DNA of 64,000 nucleotides, taken from Tricharina praecox (taxonomy: Eukaryota). The notes below the pieces were generated by a model. That model did no database searches. It was not told the origin of the DNA and saw only the letters and a list, made by a program, of their open reading frames with translations. This document shows positions 1-10,246 of the stretch, one piece after another; position 1 is the stretch's first letter; every line of letters begins with the position of its first letter. Made by a program: the position numbers and the translations under genes. The stretch spans positions 1,302,001 through 1,366,000 of the forward strand of contig NW_026250407.1 of assembly GCF_024521635.1 (NCBI RefSeq), written 5' to 3'.

Positions 1-86
1 CTACATGTTAAGCAAGGTATCGCCAGGCTGTAGTACCGAGTACTGCAATGGGTGACCATGTGGGAATCCCTGGTAACTAACGTAGT
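1..86 (+). rRNA. 5S rRNA gene or pseudogene, 3' part only (5' end lies before the window), with an apparent 8-nt insertion
   Basis: GTTAAGC...GCCAGG[CTGTAGTA]CCGAGTACTGCAATGGGTGACCATGTGGGAATCCCTGGT aligns by eye with the 3' half of fungal 5S rRNA (yeast GTTAAGC...GCCTGACCGAGTAGTGTAGTGGGTGACCATACGCGAAACTCAGGT). CCAGG/CCTGG and ATGG/CCAT helices can pair; T-rich tail follows. Confidence 0.72.
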
Positions 87-2305
87 TTCTACTTTGCCAT
101 GGCGTACAAGTGGTGGCCCGACCTCTCCATTGGCGGCCAGGTGAGGCAAGATGTCATGCCACAAGCAAGTTGTTTACAGTTACCGGTATCATGCTGCTGG
201 CAGGACATTGGTGACATACTTACCTGCTTACATACCGGTGCGGCAGCTGTGCCACAAGAATTTATATTTCCAATCTACCAACCAGACGAACCGCTTACAC
301 GGTCCACCGATCTGGCCTCCGCAAAGCCATTTCTAGAGTACTCCAACATCGATTTGGCATCGCGGGTAATCCTCTACACACATAGCCGCGCGGTCCCTCC
401 CATCTCCTCCTCCCCCTTGCCCCGGCTAGCACAGTCGCTCGTAACTACCTATTATTTCACGGTATTTACTGGCGACACTGAACGGTCTGTTCGATTATGA
501 ATATCACTGCGCACGTGACCTCCACGGCATCGTAGAGTACTACTACTATTATTACCTAGTACCAGTACAAACATGGTAACGACACGCTAAATATGAGTCC
601 AGGCACCAAGTGGGTATGTACTCATGTAGGTCGTAGATCTCGACCGCGGAAACCAGCGACGAAACCACAACACCAGATCCGCACCGTCTCGGTTTAAGGT
701 TGCTGTCAGCGCACCAGGTATGTACCTACAATATACATGACTATCGCCCACGCAGTCCAGGGTATGCTACTCTCCTCTATGTACCAACATAGTTACATTG
801 AGCGCACTACTCTTCTAGGTAACTATCATAGGCATGTTGTTATCATATCGACATACCTTCATACATACCCGGCACATGCGTGGGTACATACGGTACATAC
901 GGTATTTACCTAGCCGCCCACGTTATGTAAAGCCACGCCCGGATCCATGCCAGCGTCAAGCATGCATGAAACTCGGCTCCGTTACATACGATCGCTTCAG
1001 CATCCCCGTCAGTCTCCCCGCGCGAGAGAGGGGCAACAGGGCAGGGCGCAGCGGCGCTCCATTCCTTTCCCTTCAATTTTTGCCTCTTTTTCCTTCAGGT
1101 CGCGGGGGAAAACAGCCCAGCCCGGGGCTGGATTCGGCGGGTGATGATGTGAATCGACCCGGAACGAATGCGGGTTTGCTAAAAGGGTTTCTGTCTTCTT
1201 TTCGCTTTCTCTTTCTCTTCCTGTTTTTGATTTTCACTCTTCGACGCCGCGGGGGTATGTACATAGAGTACGGTGCTCGCGCGCGCGCGGTTGCAGTTAT
1301 GCTTATATTTGCAGATTATATAGGTACCTAGTAAGTTACCTAGAGGTCCGCCGCCGGTACGTTTAGCCTGGCTGATCCAAGACCGGTGCTGCGGGCGAGG
1401 GGGGAGGGCGCCTCTGAAACCGTTTATGTACGAACACAGTTCTGCGACGGCGTGTGTATGAGCCACGGTCGTCCATGGGTTTCGTGTGCTATGTAAACCT
1501 ACCTGTGGGCGGTTTTTTCCTTTTCCTTTCTTTTGTTTCGGTGCAGTGGGAGTGCCATTGCCATTGGTGGGGTTCGGTTTCGTTGGAGACGATTGGAGAG
1601 GCGAGGAGGAGGAGGGACTCGGGAGGAGGTATATATGCTCGAGAATGTTGTTTCGTTTAGGCAAGAAGGAGTGGGCGGAGGACACAGACACGGAGAAGGT
1701 GAAGGAGAAGGGAAGGAGAATGTACTGCACATATGTAGTTCTGCGGCCCGTGAGTTCTCGGTTGGCTCTTCGAAGGCGGCGGTGGTGAGCCAAGATGTAC
1801 ATACGGTACATGCGGTACATTCAAGCGTCAAACGAGTCTGAAGACATCGTGCAAGGGTAGATATCCGTTCTCTGTGCAGTGATGACCCTAAAACGTCCTA
1901 GACTGCCACATACCACCCCCACCCACCCACGCCCGGCCAGTGGCCAGTGGACGTTGGTATGTATATAGGATCGTATACCCCTCTCCTCTCCCCTCACCTC
2001 CTGCTTTCCCAGAGTAATTTTCTAGCTATCCTTCTCATTCTCCTTCTTCTTCTCCCTTGTTCCTTGGGGTTTCTTGCCCTTTTTGAACATCACATATAAC
2101 GATGCATATTTCTACATAATCGAAACAGACAGACCCGACGGACGAGTGTCTTCTTACCTTCTTACCACTGCATATTTTAGCACCCCCCGCCATAAGCTCA
2201 ACCACCTTTGATAGGTTGTTGTTGTTCTTATTTTTTTCTTTCTTTCATTTGCTCTTGGGCCCTTTCGGAATTTCCTTCGTCCTCACCACCATAAAACCAT
2301 CCACA

Positions 2306-3899
2306 ATGCTTGCATTGACAGTAATAATATCCGCAGCCTTGAGCTTGGCCTCGTTGGCAGCCGCGCAGACAACGGCCGCACCGCCAGTGGCTGACGGGAA
2401 ATACGGCGTCCTGCGCACGCTGGTGAGCCAGAGCTGCCTGCAGCAGTGCTACATCGGCACGTGCAGCGATATCGATCCGGCATGCGTGTGCTCGACACTG
2501 GCGAACGACGAGACGGCAGCGAAGGCGTGTGCCGAGAAGAATTGTCCCACCACTGCGTTCGACGCCCTGAGGGAGGAGTGTGTGTCGAGGAGTGCAGATC
2601 TGGGAGTCGTCTTTGCGGGCGAAGGGGACGGGAGTGTTGGTATGTTACCCCCGTGTGGAACGACCGTTGACGACCGGACTGACCAGTGCATCAGCAACGA
2701 CTTCGTCTGCAGCCGCGGCGAGTACGGCAGCCGACACGACTTTAGTGCCTTCCGGAGGGGCAGCGACCGAGCTCCTCCCGCCTTCCGCCGCCGGCGCCTC
2801 CGCTGCCGCCGTTGACAGCACCAGCACCAGCACCAGCACCACCGCGGCAACGCACTTCTCAGTCCCCGCGCGGCCGCCCGGGCTCATCGCGGCAGCGGTG
2901 ATCTCACCGATCGCGTTCCTCGGACTCCTCGGCCTAGGCGTATTCCTATTCCGGCGACGGCGGCAAAAGCAGCTGAAGCGCGCGTCGATCAACACATTCA
3001 TGGACCAATCCGGGCCGCACTCGCCGCAGATCGGCGGGCCGCTCGACGTGCGCCACGAGAAGCTGCCGGATTTCCTGAACGACATATTGAGGCAGCCGGA
3101 GAACGGCTCGCGCGGCCAGAGGATCCCCGCTTATGAGAATCCGGAAACACTGGGTCCTCCGACGGCGGGAATGGGGATGGGGATCGTGCAGCCAATGGGA
3201 TATGAGCGCCGAGTTCCGACTTCCCCCCAGCACACGACTAACCACACTCGTGACCCTTCGGTGGGCTACAGGAGCGCCACTCCTGCCGGCATCTCCGGCT
3301 ACGAGAACCCCGAGACCCTTGGCCCACCCACGGTAACACGGAGCGGATCGACGGCGGCCGCAGCGGGGTACGAGCGGCGAATTGCGGCCTCACTCGCGCC
3401 GGGCTCCACTGCGGCCAACCGCAGCCCCACCACGGCGGGCATCCCCGCCTACGAAAACCCAGCCCTCGCCTACCCCGGCTACCCCAGCGCTGGCACCGGC
3501 ACCGGCACCGACGACCCATTCCGCGACCCGATAACGACTCAGCAGACATTCTCGTTCCCACCGCCGCCCAGCAGCAGCGGGGGCGGCGGATCCGGGCGTG
3601 GCACACCTGCTCCCGCGCCCCGATCCGGCCACGCCACACCCGCTCCCGCGCCCACGCTCACGCGCAACTCCTCGCTCTCGGCCATCTCCGAGCGCTCCCG
3701 CGGCTCAGCCGCGCGCCACGGCCACGACACGCAGGTCGAGATGCGGATCGCGTATCGCGCGCTCCGCAGAGAGGTCGGCGATAATGGGAGTGATTGGGGT
3801 GGGTCGCAGCAGCACAGCCAGCACCACCAGCACAGCCAACAGCAGATGCACAACCAGCAGCTGATGCACCAGCAGGTGGTGCCCAGGAGGCTTATGTAG
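2306..3899 (+). CDS. CFEM-domain single-pass membrane protein (signal peptide, CFEM, Ser/Thr stalk, TM, long cytoplasmic tail); exons 2306-2639, 2695-3899
   Basis: Signal peptide MLALTVIISAALSLASLAAAQ. 8-Cys pattern C-x3-C-x4-C-SDIDPA-CxC-x12-C-x4-C-x11-C. Intron 2640-2694 (GTATGT...CTGAC...CAG) joins the two ORF frames. TM GLIAAAVISPIAFLGLLGLGVFLF followed by RRRRQK. Confidence 0.85.
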
Positions 3900-5647
3900 A
3901 CGCTTTCTTTCTTTCTTTCTTTCTTTCACTTTAACGTCATAAACTAGAGGGTGTGTGGTGTGGACCTAGGGGTTAGGGGTTAAGGGTTGTGATTTGGGGC
4001 GGCGGGGCCGGCGGAGAGGGGGGGTTACGGGAAGGCGTTCTGGAACTGCTTTGGCTTTGGCTTTACTTACGACGATACAAATCTACGGCATCTATATTTT
4101 TCTTCTCTGTTCTTTTCTTCCTCTTCCTTCCTCATCCTGGGTATTCTTATTTTCCGGGGTTTGTCCGGCTATCTACATAGACTCTGGGCGCTTGAAAGGG
4201 CCGAGACGGTTGGACGGCTAGCTAGCTGGCCGGGACACATGCATGTACGGTTTAGTTACCTTGTATAAGTAATCATCGGTGCGCAGATGGATCATGGCGG
4301 TGGTATTTTGCAGGGCAGAATACTGCGGTAGTTAGCACAATAGGTACCTACATACTCGACGGGAGTGGTCGGTGTGGCGTCGGTTGTATCAAAGTACACT
4401 ACTTTCGAGGCTTGATCAGATTCTTCTATGCTCTGCTCTGCTATGTAGTTGGTCTACTCTACTTCCCGCGGCGGCGGCGGCGGGGAGAGGACATCAAATC
4501 CACGTGCGCCATTGGTATGTACCGAGCGGGTACGTAGCGCGAGTGCGCATCTTCGCACCTACCGGCAATCGGGAGGAATACCTAGCATATGTACAAGCAT
4601 AGCATACCAGCAAATTTACCTACATACCATCGCAAGACCCAGCCTTACGTATGTCCCTGGAATCCCAGAAGATAATGGTAGCGTGTGACCCAGCACAGGT
4701 ACTTTTTCCACCCAGTTAAAACCGCCCTCCTCCTCTTCCTCTCCCTCCCCCTCCACCCCCAGCGCATATGCATTCTGCAGGCTTGGGAAGCTGCGAAGCT
4801 GGGAAGCTGGGAGCCCTAGGAGCACCGCGATCGTGCTTCCGTGCCTGCATCGGTAGTTATGTAGGAATTGGGCACCTGTATACTAGCGTGTTGATCGCTG
4901 GCCAGCGGCCATCGATGAAGACCCCCGGGCGGCTCGCCTAGAACGGAGCCAGGATGTATGCACAGGAGAAATTTCTGGAGAGTCCAGTCCAGTCGCAAGG
5001 AGTTGGTGTGGAGGAAGGTGGAGGGACAGCGGCTTCGAATGTTCATCGAGAGGGGGGCGGTGGCCTAAACTCTACTAGGGGGGTGCAGCAGGACAGCTCG
5101 ACTGGAGCAACGCCAGGGATGTGAGCCAACAAGAATCTTTCGTAGTTCGATGGCGAGAAAATATTTCGTACATACATACATGTGTAGCTCGATGTCGAGC
5201 GTGAGCCACCGACCGCCGCAACCAACCATCTAGTTATGCCTGCGTGGCTCGACCAGAGCGGCGCGATCTTTAACTGTCTGGCATCCCAACTGTGGTCCGG
5301 ACGCTGTTTTCACGCGCCATGTCGATCCATTCGATTCCTGCCCAGCGCATCGTCTGAGGGAAGAAGGCATGGCTGCATGCAGTGCTTGCTGCTCGGTGAG
5401 CTGAGCCGACGGCTCCAGAAGACGGAGGGAAGCGTTCACTACGAGGAAAGGAAAAAAGATATGAAAGTAAGAATCATCCAGTGGATAGGATGGATTGAGT
5501 GACAGGGCGCAATGACCCGTGGAATGTCTCATGCAGTGTGGTACATGTCAACCATCGATATCGGATCGGCGGCACGTCGGGATTCGTGGCTCGTGGTTGA
5601 GGGGAAGGGGCCTCGACTCCAGAAGGCGGCGGAAGAAGAAGAAGAAT

Positions 5648-5753
5648 AAGCAGAAGAAGAAGCAAGTAATGGAGTACTAACGGGTTGAAATGAAGACAGA
5701 GAAGCAGAAGAAGAAGCAAGTATTGGAGTACTAACGGGTTGAAATGAAGACAG
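5648..5753. repeat. Tandem duplication, 2 x ~54 bp, each copy containing TACTAAC...CAG
   Basis: AAGCAGAAGAAGAAGCAAGTAWTGGAGTACTAACGGGTTGAAATGAAGACAG at 5648-5699 and 5702-5753. Confidence 0.9.
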
Positions 5754-7399
5754 GAATGGATGAGGGGCAGCTTGGATCCCCGCATGGTAGGTGGAGGCCG
5801 GTGGAAAGTGCATTGGGTATGTGCAGTGCATGACATCCATCTTCCCCCCCACTTCGTAGCAAACGGGAGAACGGGTACTAGGTAGGTGGGGTGTCCACTG
5901 TCTAGGACCACATACCATTATGGATACTGATCCATAGCGCCGAACGTGTGTGCGAAGTGTGTGAAGTGTGCAGAGCGCGCAGAGCGCGCAGAGTGTGTGA
6001 AGTGTACAAAGTGTGAAAAGCGCATGCAACCAGGTGGATCGGCTCCTTTACCGTTCAAACAAACGCCCACTCACTACTAGCAGGAATCCGACCAGACGAA
6101 CTGCGCTGTGCTGTGCTGCTGGTTGGTTGGAGCAGGAATCCCCACACCATCCTCTCAGAGGAGGGATCCGAGGGCGAACTGCCCAATGCTGGTTCGCCTC
6201 CGATGCTCGGTCGTCGAGGGGTTTGGACATGGTGTATAACGAGTAAGTACACACGTCCGCAACAGAAAACGTGGATGTGATTGGCTGCGGGGACTGCGCG
6301 TGCGCACGGAAGATGCAACGTGTGAGTGGCTATCACGGTCCTAGTGATCAAAGACGTCATCTGTGCTTTTGGAATCTCCTCGGTATGTGCCTGTATGTGC
6401 TGCTTACGGTGGAGACCACTACGATGAAGCTCTGGCTATTTCCTTATCGTTCGAGGCGGCCACGCAACAATAGGTTTGGTTGCCGCTGCTTTTACGTATC
6501 CTTTCTGAGGGATGCGAGTGCATCTGAAGGTGTGGTAGAAATCATCGTCGGAGGTCGGACTCGTATTCAGCCCGCCCATAGGAGTCGTTCACGGCCAAGC
6601 TGCAAACGTGTTCTCTAAAAGGGATGGGGAGGGGGAGGGGGAGGGAAAGGGGTGAACTGCTCGTATCTGCCCATGCCTCCGGATTCTCTACAGGAGAGGA
6701 TCATATTTCATGTTCGGAAACCATTTCACCCTGCGCTGGCAGCAGTCGAAGTGGATGAACACAGCTTACTCCGATCCGCGTTGCTCGCATCCAATCAAGA
6801 CCCTTGATGGCCCGTGCCCATGCTGGTAGGGCTGTTCTCCGAGAGCCGCCATGTGCACTTAAACGTGTGAATCTATAGGCGATCGAGGGTCTTCGGTACG
6901 AATCGATGCTCGGTTGTGTGTTTTCCGCAGGCCGAGGAACGGGATTTGCATGCCTCACGGTAGGGCCATGCGTCGATGCAGCTGTAGCTCTGGGAAGAAG
7001 CAAAAGTGACGACTGATGGATGGGAAGCGGATGCGCACTGGAAGTCCGACCCACCTATCACTTTCGACATCAGTAAGCCACTTACTCTCCAGGATACGCT
7101 ACGCAGCCGCCTTGACTAAAGCCGATTCACTCACGGGGACGATCGCTATGCGACCTCCGTATGGCATCTGCTGGCAAGCGATAGTGGGACCAGCAAACGG
7201 GCCGATACTACTATGCAAGGCAACTGTAGCCGCAGCCAGCCCACCCCTTCCGAACTATCTATTGCATAATCCGAAACATGTTCGGAGGCTCCTGCGGCTG
7301 TAAGATGCGATGCAGAGAAGCTTTCCAATACGCCGTCTAGAGGTGGAAAACGAGGCATCGACGAATAGGCTGGCTATGCAGCCCAAGTTGTTTCTTGGA

Positions 7400-7533
7400 C
7401 ATTCCACCAAGCAAGAGTAGAGTTTCTCGGTGAGAAACTATTCCCTGTGTGAGCTGTTCTTGCCCATTGCACCAAGCACGAGCATAGTTTCTCGGTAAGA
7501 AGGTTTGCCCTGTGTGAGCTGTCCTGGCCCATT
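7400..7533. repeat. Diverged tandem duplication, 2 x ~65 bp
   Basis: CATTsCACCAAGCAnGAG...AGTTTCTCGGTrAGAA...CCCTGTGTGAGCTGTyCTkGCCCATT repeated with period 65. Confidence 0.8.
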
Positions 7534-9126
7534 CTCGGACGGCGACAGCGGCATGGTGCAGGGTGGGTCTTTCTTCCGAGCCCTGCAGAAGGCCATTGCT
7601 CACCCTGGCGAGGTTCATACTCAGCAAAAAAACGCAATGCGGCTGTGAGTGTGCCCAACAGCCGACACTCACCCCCCCTCCATCTCCCGGACACGAGAGT
7701 TCGAAGCGGACTCTCCGGTTCCCTCGTATGTATGCACCGGCTCGGCCCGTTCGCCTCAGCCCTCGCACAGCCGGCCACCACCCATAGTCACCGTTCGCTA
7801 CTCCTACATACGCATATTGTTCTCTCTCTCGGTGAAACGGAGAGGGCCCGTCGACGGATAAAGATTGGCGATGTAGGTACAGTATGGGAGTCGGTCGGTC
7901 TGGGAACCGTGCGGTAGAGACGACAGGAGGAGGGGGGCGTGGGGGAAAAGCGGGGGTGTGTTGCAGACCAGAATTCACCTTGTCTCAAGCCTGTCATGCG
8001 CAGCTGTTGCCTGTTGGCGGGGCTCCACGATTTCCCCAAAGTACGGAATGGGGCTCTAGAGTATATTGGTTTGCTTTTCTCGTACCGAGGAACAATCTGC
8101 CGGACTAAACTTCCGATGGTCGTCCCTCCCCTGGGAATTCATGATTCATCCCAGCCGCCCATATGTAGTAATATGGTGTGATGTGATGTGGTATGTAGAG
8201 GTGGAGGTGAAGGTGGAGGTGGGGCAGTGGCTTGAGTTGCTTGACGCCCGTCAAGCCCCGTTTGCTGGCCCACCATCGAGCACTGCAAGCATAGACGACT
8301 TCAGCGAATCCACGCGCGGCTGGACTCTGTAATTCGCATTATCCGAAAGAAACTGTGGATCCGTGTGCGTGTGTTGACGCACGTCGATAGCGTGGTTATC
8401 ATCGTCATCCTCGAGGCCACATCGTTTGGCTACGGCATCGTGTTTCTAGCGAAGCTGCCCTTAGGCCGATCGATACCGATTTGCGTGCAACCTGGCACGT
8501 TCCGCGCCGCATATCCAGCTGTGCATCATTAGAAGGCATGACTCCCTGCAGTGATGGTTCGTCCGAAGAGAGAGAGAAAGAAAAAGAAAGAAAGAAGAAA
8601 AAAACATTCCCAAGAATGGTCCCCCAGGGGTGGGATCGCACGTCACCAAGCAGCGGTGCGGGCCTGCTGCAACGGATTGCCATCTCTTCCCGGTCCCCGA
8701 ATGCCCCAGAGGATTCTCAGATTATGTCTGCCTAGTTTCTTTTGGTCCAGCACCCCGAAGCCTGCATCCGAAAAGTGTATTCCGCGTGCTATGTCACAGG
8801 ATTAATATAACACTTCCTACACGGATATTACACGATTGTGAGGATATGGTTCGTGTCAGGCGCAGGCGCAGGAAGTCGGCAACAGCGGAGGGCCGCGATA
8901 CTCCCATATCTGAATTCCGGAGACGTGGGTGGTCCACGTACATACTCACCACCATGATGGCAGAGGTTCGTGTGAGCCAGCCAGTCAGCCAGCCCGATAT
9001 GCCCCCCCAACCACGCTTTTCCAGATAACCATGCAGCTGTGTTTGCCGCAGTGTCGACCGATACCGCTCCCTATCCTAGGTGACGAGGGGCTCGATTGAT
9101 CCCCCTCCTTCCACCCTGCCGGCAGC

Positions 9127-10246
9127 ATGAGTGAAGAAGAAGATGATGATGGCCCTTACGGCTCTGGAAACTCGAGGTCTGGTACATAGCCGCATCAGAT
9201 TGTGGAGACGATAAAGTCGGCAGCATAGTACCCAAGAATCGAAGAGGATTCAACATACCGAACGAACGATCCAAATCATCCAAGTTGCCTACCGCCTTCC
9301 CGAATCAAGCCTCATTCCAGCAGTCATCAAACGCCCCTCCTAACATCATCCGTTGCACAGTTTGCCCTGCCGCCTTCTCGAGTCAATCGCAATTCCGGAA
9401 ATTACCAAAAAAGAAAGTCCCTAGGAACAGACATGTCGTGCTCCAGCGATGTGGCAATAGCTTATCCTAAGCATTATCCTTCCGCGCCATCGTCTTGCGG
9501 TACGTAACATCTATTCAGTTGGGCACCTTTCCGAATCTGCCTTGCGCAGTGGGCGTTTCCCTGTGGAGGAAGAAAAGAAAGTGAAAACAAAAACTTACAT
9601 TGGAGTAGGAGCGGATAATGGAAGTCAAGTGGGGTGTCGTACGGAATCCGATATGCAGGCCATGACGTACGGTTCTTCGAATGCTTGTAGCTCGTTATAC
9701 ACTTCTCAGATGCAGGCTGGCAACCACACAAACTACAACCAAAGCAACTACAGCCACGGCTCGGAGGTCATTAATACCATCTCGTGTTTCTTCAAAAACT
9801 GCAATAATGAGCTCAACATTAACCACTGGGCAGTCCACTGTGCAAGTCACTGCAGTGGCCCGCTCGATGATTCCGAGGAAACCAGCCGCCTCTTCTGCAA
9901 CTGCGGTGGCACCTTCGAAAACAGCTGGCAGTCCCAATTCCGGCACTTCTTCTCGAGTTCCTCTCTGGAAGTAAGGGATGGCGCCTGCGGCACATCCCTC
10001 CTGAATAGACTGAAGGCCAAAAACATCATCAGGGAGGAAGATGCCGAGAAACAACAGTCCCACATGCTGACTGTTTTCAACCGGCACCGGTCCATCAGAA
10101 GGAACGCAAGAATGGCAGGCGCGATCCCCAGGTCTCAGCACGATCTCGAACATGTCGGCCAGTGGGCGTCAAGATTTCAATCAGAGCGGCCGGCTCAGGG
10201 AACATCGGACGAGGACAACATACTCGGTATGGTGATCAATTTCTGA
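9127..10246 (+). pseudogene. Degenerate or stop-interrupted gene for a fungal Cys/His zinc-binding protein; exon structure unresolved
   Basis: ORF 9542-10246 has C-x4-C...HWAVHCASH and CNC...W...H motifs. Upstream frame from ATG 9127 (MSEEEDDDG...) is open to ~9500 except for TAG at 9187 and 9226. Splice-donor-like GTACGT near 9500 and GTATGG near 10228. Confidence 0.4.

Noticed and set aside
216..226. ATACTTACCTG, identical to the U1 snRNA 5' end (also near 61550)
   Set aside because: No U1 loop (ATTGCAC) or Sm site follows; it is simply the reverse complement of a CAG|GTAAGTAT splice-donor-like sequence.
3966..3990. GGGGTTAGGGGTTAAGGGTT telomere-like sequence
   Set aside because: Only 2-3 degenerate units in a 3' UTR; compatible with chance or slippage.
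9285..9470. RCTVCPAAF C2H2-finger-like peptide
   Set aside because: Lacks the His pair, and an alternative frame (from 9127) is open much longer; probably coincidental.
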